Shown here: positions 26,621-31,654 of the stretch, piece after piece | Layout of the letters: the number at the start of each line of letters is the position of its first letter | Position numbering within the stretch: the stretch's first letter is position 1 | Origin: Dehalococcoidia bacterium | GTDB taxonomy: Bacteria; Chloroflexota; Dehalococcoidia; UBA2979 | Reading direction: 5' to 3' | Assembly (NCBI GenBank): GCA_964291495.2 | Contig: OZ219870.1 | Location: 1-31,654, forward strand | Length of the DNA stretch: 31,654 nt | Position numbers and translations under genes: made by a program | The notes under the pieces: generated by a model | The model's input: the letters and a program-made list of their open reading frames with translations, nothing else | The model's database searches: none | What the model was told of the DNA's origin: nothing

Positions 26621-28411
26621 ATGCAGTTCACCACCCGGCCGACCGTGCGCGGCTACGGCGGCGCCGTCAGCGCCGGTCACTATCTCGCCGCCCAGGCGGG
26701 CGCGCAGCTGCTCGCCGAGGGCGGCAACGCCGCCGACGCCGCCTGCACGATGGGCTTCGCGCTGCAGGTGCTGGAGCCGCACATGAACGGCTTCGCCGGC
26801 GAGGCGCCGATCCTCTACCACGACGCCGCGAGCGGCGAGACGCACGCGATCTCCGGGCAGGGAACCGCCCCGGCGGCAGCCACGATCGAGCACTTCCGCT
26901 CGCTCGGCCTCGATCGCATCCCCGGCGACGGGCTGACGGCCGCCGCTATCCCCGGGGCCCTCGACGCCTGGCGGCTGCTGCTCGAGCGCTTCGGCACGCG
27001 GACGCTCGCCGAGGTGGTCGCGCCGGCGCGCGCCCTCGCCGAGCGCGGCTTTCCGATGTACCCCTCGCTGCGCCGGCTGCTCGAGATCGCGGGGGATCGC
27101 ATCGCCGCCGAGTGGCCGACGACGGCCGCACTCTGGCTGCCCGCCAAGGCGATCGGCGATCGCGTGCGCAACCCCGCGCTCGCCTCGCTGCTCGCGAGCA
27201 TGGCCGAGGCCGAGCGCGCCGCCGGAGGCGGGCGCGAGGCCAGCATTCGCGCCGCGCGCGACGCCTTCTACCGCAGCAAGCCCGCCGAATGGATCGAGGC
27301 GTTCCTGCAAACCCCCGTGCGCGACGCCTCGGGCGAGGCGCACGCCGGCCTGCTCACGGCCGCCGACCTCGACGGCTACGAGGGCGCCGTCGAGACGCCG
27401 GTCTCGGCCTCCTACCGCGGCGTCACGGTCTGGAAGTGCCCGCCCTGGTCACAGGGCCCGGTGATGCTCCAGCAGCTGCGCCTGCTCGAGGGCTTCGACC
27501 TCGCGGCGATGGGCCACAACAGCGCCGAGGCGCTGCACACCTGGATCGAGTGCGCCAAGCTCGCCTTCGCCGACCGCGAGGCGAACTACGGCGACCCGGC
27601 CCACGTGGACGTACCCCTCGACGAGCTGCTCTCCGACGGCTACGGCGAGCGCCGGCGCGCGCTCGTCGACCCGGCTCGCGCCTCGCTCGAGCTACGTCCC
27701 GGCCTCGGACGGCTGCCCGAGGGCTGGCCGCTGCTCGCCGAGGACGAGGACGGCGCTGCGCTCAGCCCCGCCGGGCTGCCGCGCGCCGAACCGGAGGCGC
27801 TGCTCGGCGCGTCCGGCCGCGGCGACACGACGCACTGCGACGCCGTCGACCGCTGGGGCAACCTCGCGAGCTGCACGCCGAGCGGCGGCTGGCTCCAGTC
27901 CTCGCCGACAATCCCGCAGCTCGGCTTCCCGGTCGGCACGCGGGGGCAGATGTTCGTCCTCGATCCGGCGCACCCGAACGCGCTGGCGCCGGGCAAGCGC
28001 CCGCGCACCACGCTCACGCCCTCGCTGGCTCAGCTGCCGGACGGACGGCGCATCGCCTTCGGCACGCCGGGCGGCGATCAGCAGGACCAGTGGTCGCTGC
28101 ACTTCCTGCTCAACCTCGTCGACTTCGGGTTCGAGGACCTGCAGGCCGCGATCGACGCGCCGACGATGCACAGCGAGCACTGGCCCGAGTCGTTCTACCC
28201 GCGCCTCGCCAACCCCGGCCTCGTCGACGCGGAGACGCGCATCGAGGAGAGCGTGCTCGCCGAGCTCGAGCGGCGCGGGCACCGCGTGCGGCGCAGCGGG
28301 GCGTGGCGGCACGGGCGCGTGATGGCGGCCTCCTACCGCCCCGACGACGGCCTCTGCGAGGCCGCCGCATCGCCTCGCAGCAACGCCGCCTACGCGATCG
28401 CGCTACCCTGA
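26621..28411 (+). CDS. Gamma-glutamyltransferase family (Ntn-hydrolase), no signal peptide
   Basis: GGNAADAA, KLAFADRE, GDTTHCDAVDRWGN (Thr nucleophile), PGKRPRTTLTP, FGTPGGDQQ. Confidence 0.93.
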   Translation: MQFTTRPTVRGYGGAVSAGHYLAAQAGAQLLAEGGNAADAACTMGFALQVLEPHMNGFAGEAPILYHDAASGETHAISGQGTAPAAATIEHFRSLGLDRIPGDGLTAAAIPGALDAWRLLLERFGTRTLAEVVAPARALAERGFPMYPSLRRLLEIAGDRIAAEWPTTAALWLPAKAIGDRVRNPALASLLASMAEAERAAGGGREASIRAARDAFYRSKPAEWIEAFLQTPVRDASGEAHAGLLTAADLDGYEGAVETPVSASYRGVTVWKCPPWSQGPVMLQQLRLLEGFDLAAMGHNSAEALHTWIECAKLAFADREANYGDPAHVDVPLDELLSDGYGERRRALVDPARASLELRPGLGRLPEGWPLLAEDEDGAALSPAGLPRAEPEALLGASGRGDTTHCDAVDRWGNLASCTPSGGWLQSSPTIPQLGFPVGTRGQMFVLDPAHPNALAPGKRPRTTLTPSLAQLPDGRRIAFGTPGGDQQDQWSLHFLLNLVDFGFEDLQAAIDAPTMHSEHWPESFYPRLANPGLVDAETRIEESVLAELERRGHRVRRSGAWRHGRVMAASYRPDDGLCEAAASPRSNAAYAIALP

Positions 28412-28453
28412 CGCCGGACTATCGCACGCAACACTGCTCCATTGGAGGAAGCC

Positions 28454-29014
28454 ATGACCGACTCGACCGCCGAAGCCACGCCGAGTGCGCTCGCCGCACC
28501 GCTCGCCACCCTGGTCGGCAACCTGCTTGGCGACCTCAGCACGGCCATCGAGGACCTCAGCGTCGAGGAGTTGAACGCCCAGCCGCTGGAGGGCTCGCCC
28601 TCGATCGGCTTCCACGTCTGGCACGTGCTGCGCACGGTCGACAACATCGTCAACTTCGTCTTCCACCGCGACCGCCCGATCTGGGTCGCCGAGGGCCTCG
28701 ACAAGGCCTGGGAGATGCCGCGCATCGACCAGGGCACCGGCATGACCTTCGAGGAGTCGACGGCGCTGCAGTTCGCGAGCGTCGCCGACCTCGCGGGCTA
28801 CGGCGCGGGCGTGCGCGAGGTGGTGCAGCCGAAGATCGAGGCGATGGACGAGGCCTTCCTCGTCGGCACCACGCCCGCCCGCATCGCCGGCGAGATGACC
28901 GAGCGCGCGCGCATCGAGACGCTGGGCCAGGTGGTGATCGCGCACGGGCGCGAGCACTACGGCCAGGTGCAGGTGCTGCGTCAGCTGCTCGGCAAGGACG
29001 CGCTCGGCTTCTGA
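28454..29014 (+). CDS. DinB/YfiT family protein
   Basis: GGAGG RBS; SIGFHVWHV and HGREHYGQV provide the His triad. Confidence 0.88.
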   Translation: MTDSTAEATPSALAAPLATLVGNLLGDLSTAIEDLSVEELNAQPLEGSPSIGFHVWHVLRTVDNIVNFVFHRDRPIWVAEGLDKAWEMPRIDQGTGMTFEESTALQFASVADLAGYGAGVREVVQPKIEAMDEAFLVGTTPARIAGEMTERARIETLGQVVIAHGREHYGQVQVLRQLLGKDALGF

Positions 29015-29044
29015 CGCCGCGGGCGGGGCCGCCTCGAGGGCGCC

Positions 29045-29854
29045 TTAGCCGTCCGTCAACTGCTCGAGCGGCACCCAGTGCTGCCAGCTGCCGAGGCGCA
29101 GTTCCGGCCCGTACTTGCCGTCGCCAAGCAGCGCCTGCCCGTTGACGTGCGAGGCCTCCTCGCGGCACAGCCAGACGGCGGTGTCCGCGATCAGCTCGGG
29201 CGGGTTCACCCTCCCGCCCGAGAACGCCAGGGTCCGTTCCGCGTGCTCCGGGTCGTACTGCAGGTGGCGGCCGCGCATCGGCGTGTCGACCAGGCCGGGG
29301 CAGACGGCGTTGACGCGCACCCCGTGCTCGCCGTACTCGATCGCCGCGCTGCGGGTGAGGCCGATCACGCCATGCTTCGCGGCGGCGTAGTGCGCGATGT
29401 TCGCCGAGGCGAAGACGCCCGCGCCCGACGAGGTGTTGACGATCGCCCCGCCGCCCGTCTCGACCATCAGCGGCAGCTCCTCGCGCAGGCAGTAGAAGAC
29501 CGAGGTCAGGTTGACCGCGATCATGCGGTGCCAGCGCTCGTCGCTCAGCTCCGGCAGCTTCGAGGGCGCGTCGTTGATCCCGGCGTTGTTGTGCGCGTAG
29601 TCGAGCCGCCCGTGCAGCTCGGCGATGCCGCGCAGCAGCTCGGCGACGGCGGCCGGGTCGGTCAGCTCTACCGTGACGGCGTTCGCCCCACCGCCCTCGG
29701 CCTCGACCAGGCTGACGGTCTCCTCGGCGCCCGCGCCGTTGATGTCGGCGATGACGACGTGCGCGCCCTCGCGTGCGAAGGCCACCGCAGAGGCGCGCCC
29801 GATGCCGGAGCCGCCGCCCGTGATCAGCGCCACCTTGCCGTCGAACTCACCCAT
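29045..29854 (-). CDS. SDR family oxidoreductase
   Basis: TGGGSGIG, NNAG, YAAAK, VNAVCPG. Confidence 0.95.
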   Translation of the reverse strand: MGEFDGKVALITGGGSGIGRASAVAFAREGAHVVIADINGAGAEETVSLVEAEGGGANAVTVELTDPAAVAELLRGIAELHGRLDYAHNNAGINDAPSKLPELSDERWHRMIAVNLTSVFYCLREELPLMVETGGGAIVNTSSGAGVFASANIAHYAAAKHGVIGLTRSAAIEYGEHGVRVNAVCPGLVDTPMRGRHLQYDPEHAERTLAFSGGRVNPPELIADTAVWLCREEASHVNGQALLGDGKYGPELRLGSWQHWVPLEQLTDG

Positions 29855-29946
29855 CGCCGTCCACCTCCCCGCGAGCGCCGTCGCGCCGGGCAGCGTACCC
29901 TAGCGGCCGTCAGCGGGCAGGACCCACTGCCGGAAGGGGCGGCGGC

Positions 29947-30840
29947 ATGGAGATCGGGCTCGTGCTCCCGCAGACCGGTCCCGACGCCACCCGCGAGCAC
30001 CTCGTGACCTTCGCGACGACGGCCGAGCAGTCCGGTTACGCCTCGCTCTGGGTGAGCGACCACGTCGTCTACCCGCGCGAGTTCACGTCCCGCTACCCCT
30101 ACGCCGCCAGCGGCCGCCTGCCCGACCGCTTCCAGAGCGACAGCTACTTGCTCGAGCCGCTGACGATGCTCTCCTTCGTCGCCGCGATCACCGAGCGCGT
30201 CCAGATCGGCACGGCGGTCATGGTCCTGCCGATGCGCAACCCCGTGCTCCACGCCAAGGTCATCGCCTCGCTCGACGTGCTCGCCGGCGGGCGCTTTGTC
30301 TTCGGCGTGGGCGTCGGCTGGTGCCGCGAGGAGTTCGAGGTGCTCTCCGCCTCCTTCGAGCGCCGCGGCGCGCGCGTCGACGAGCAGCTCGCGCTGATGC
30401 GCGCGCTCTGGAGCGGCGAAGAGGTCCAGCACCACGGCGAGTTCTACGACGTCGACGGCTGGATCTGTCGCCCTACCCCGCCATGCCCAATCCCGCTCTG
30501 GGTCGGCGGCGCGAGGCCGCCTGCGCTGCGCCGCGCCGGACGCCTCGGCGACGCCTGGATCGCGGGCGCGCATCGCCTGCCGACGTTCCCCGAGGACATC
30601 GCGGCGGTCCGCCAGGCCGCCGAGGACGCCGGCCGCGATCCGGAGGCGCTGACCTTTGGCATGGTCAACCTCCCCTCGCTCGCCCCGGGGCGGCAGGAGG
30701 AGACGGCCACGATGCTGCGGGAGGCGGGCGAGCGCGGCGTGCAGCACGTTCGCCTCGGCGTCGAGGCGTCCGCCGACCGGTCCGCGGAGCTGATCGACGG
30801 CTTCGCGCGCGCCTACCTGGACGACCTCCGCGACGTCTGA
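29947..30840 (+). CDS. LLM-class (probably F420-dependent) oxidoreductase
   Basis: GYASLWVSDHVV, EPLTMLSFVAAITERVQIGTAV, LDVLAGGRFVFGVGVGW, PLWVGG. Confidence 0.92.
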   Translation: MEIGLVLPQTGPDATREHLVTFATTAEQSGYASLWVSDHVVYPREFTSRYPYAASGRLPDRFQSDSYLLEPLTMLSFVAAITERVQIGTAVMVLPMRNPVLHAKVIASLDVLAGGRFVFGVGVGWCREEFEVLSASFERRGARVDEQLALMRALWSGEEVQHHGEFYDVDGWICRPTPPCPIPLWVGGARPPALRRAGRLGDAWIAGAHRLPTFPEDIAAVRQAAEDAGRDPEALTFGMVNLPSLAPGRQEETATMLREAGERGVQHVRLGVEASADRSAELIDGFARAYLDDLRDV

Positions 30841-30915
30841 CGCGCCCCGGCTGGCAGCGGTTGCTATCTTGCCCTCGCCGCACCGACACGCGGCACGCCT
30901 CGAGAGGAGTCCCCG

Positions 30916-31317
30916 ATGCCGCTGAGCACCGCCGACATCACCGAGATCGAGCAACTGGTCGCCGCCCACTACCACCACTACGACCGCCGCGACCCGGAGC
31001 CCTTCGCCGACACCTTCACCGAGGACGGCGTGCTGGACCTGAACGGACGCCGCCACGAGGGCCGCGACGCCCTGGCGGCGTGGGCCGAGACGCTCAACGA
31101 GCGGCACGGCGCGGACCGCTTCCGCCACTGGGTCAACAACATCTGGATCGAGGGCGAGGGCGACGAGGCCGAGCTGCGCTGCTACCTCGTGATGTTCGAC
31201 AACACGGGCGACGGCCGCGTCACGCTGATCGGCCAGTACGACGACCGCCTCCGCCGCGAGGACGGCAAGTGGAAGTTCAGCCTGCGCCGCTTCGTCCCCG
31301 AGTGGTGGGCCCGCTAG
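30916..31317 (+). CDS. SnoaL-like / NTF2 family protein
   Basis: GAGGAG RBS; FTEDGV, GRDAL, RHWVNNI, GQYDDRLRREDGKWKF. Confidence 0.9.
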   Translation: MPLSTADITEIEQLVAAHYHHYDRRDPEPFADTFTEDGVLDLNGRRHEGRDALAAWAETLNERHGADRFRHWVNNIWIEGEGDEAELRCYLVMFDNTGDGRVTLIGQYDDRLRREDGKWKFSLRRFVPEWWAR

Positions 31318-31339
31318 CCGACCGCCAATCCGGCTCCCC

Positions 31340-31654
31340 TCCGGCCCCCTCTCCTGGGGGAGAGGGCGGGGGTGAGGGGGCTCGCCGGCGCTGCTCCCGG
31401 CTCGATCGATTGTTAGCCCCCCGGGGGTCCATGCCCGGCGGACGTCGGAACGAGCACGCGCTCCGCGCGGCTCGGGCCCACCCACCCGCCCTCGGACTTC
31501 TTTCATGTGGGGGCTCCGCCCCCACGCCCCCGCCGGAACTTCGAGGGCGCAACATCGCTTCAAGCGCGGTTCGGCCCCTCTCCCCCGAGAGAGACCGTTG
31601 CGAAGATCCCACAACCCCGATCCGGCCCCCTCTCCCTGGGGAGAGGGCGGGGGT
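31340..31654 (-). repeat. Cluster of REP-like units and one end of a second MITE-like copy, running off the window
   Basis: REP at 31340-31385; GGGGGCTCCGCCCCC hairpin near 31507-31525; GAGACCGTTGCGAA at 31591-31604 (identical to 6957-6970), then sequence matching the reverse complement of 7108-7157. Confidence 0.85.

Overview
Very GC-rich bacterial chromosomal segment. The gene content (CIRCE-groES-groEL, a small SWIM-type protein, LLM/F420 oxidoreductase, CaiB/BaiF, SDR, SnoaL) suggests Chloroflexota, perhaps Dehalococcoidia-like; this is an inference. About 29 real CDSs are recoverable from many shadow ORFs. Left part: SWIM-finger protein, thpR, amidohydrolase, scpB, DUF503, DUF2851 plus an XRE-HTH gene divergent from groESL, M16 peptidase, MBL hydrolase and a MutY-like glycosylase. 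Centre (10.3-21.7 kb): two paralogous ~1127-aa FtsX/MacB-type permeases set head-to-head on a 77-bp, apparently leaderless bidirectional promoter. One arm continues into two small membrane-anchored beta-barrel-like proteins; the other continues into two ABC ATPases (one with an AbrB-like tail), a helical enzyme-like protein and MarC. Right part: CoA-transferase coupled to an APH-like protein with a degenerate catalytic loop, DEAD-box helicase, GGT, DinB, SDR, LLM and SnoaL. Four intergenic zones carry a modular REP/BIME-like repeat family, and one copy is bounded by terminal inverted repeats (MITE-like). Both window ends break inside this repeat. No rRNA, tRNA, CRISPR array or transposase was seen.
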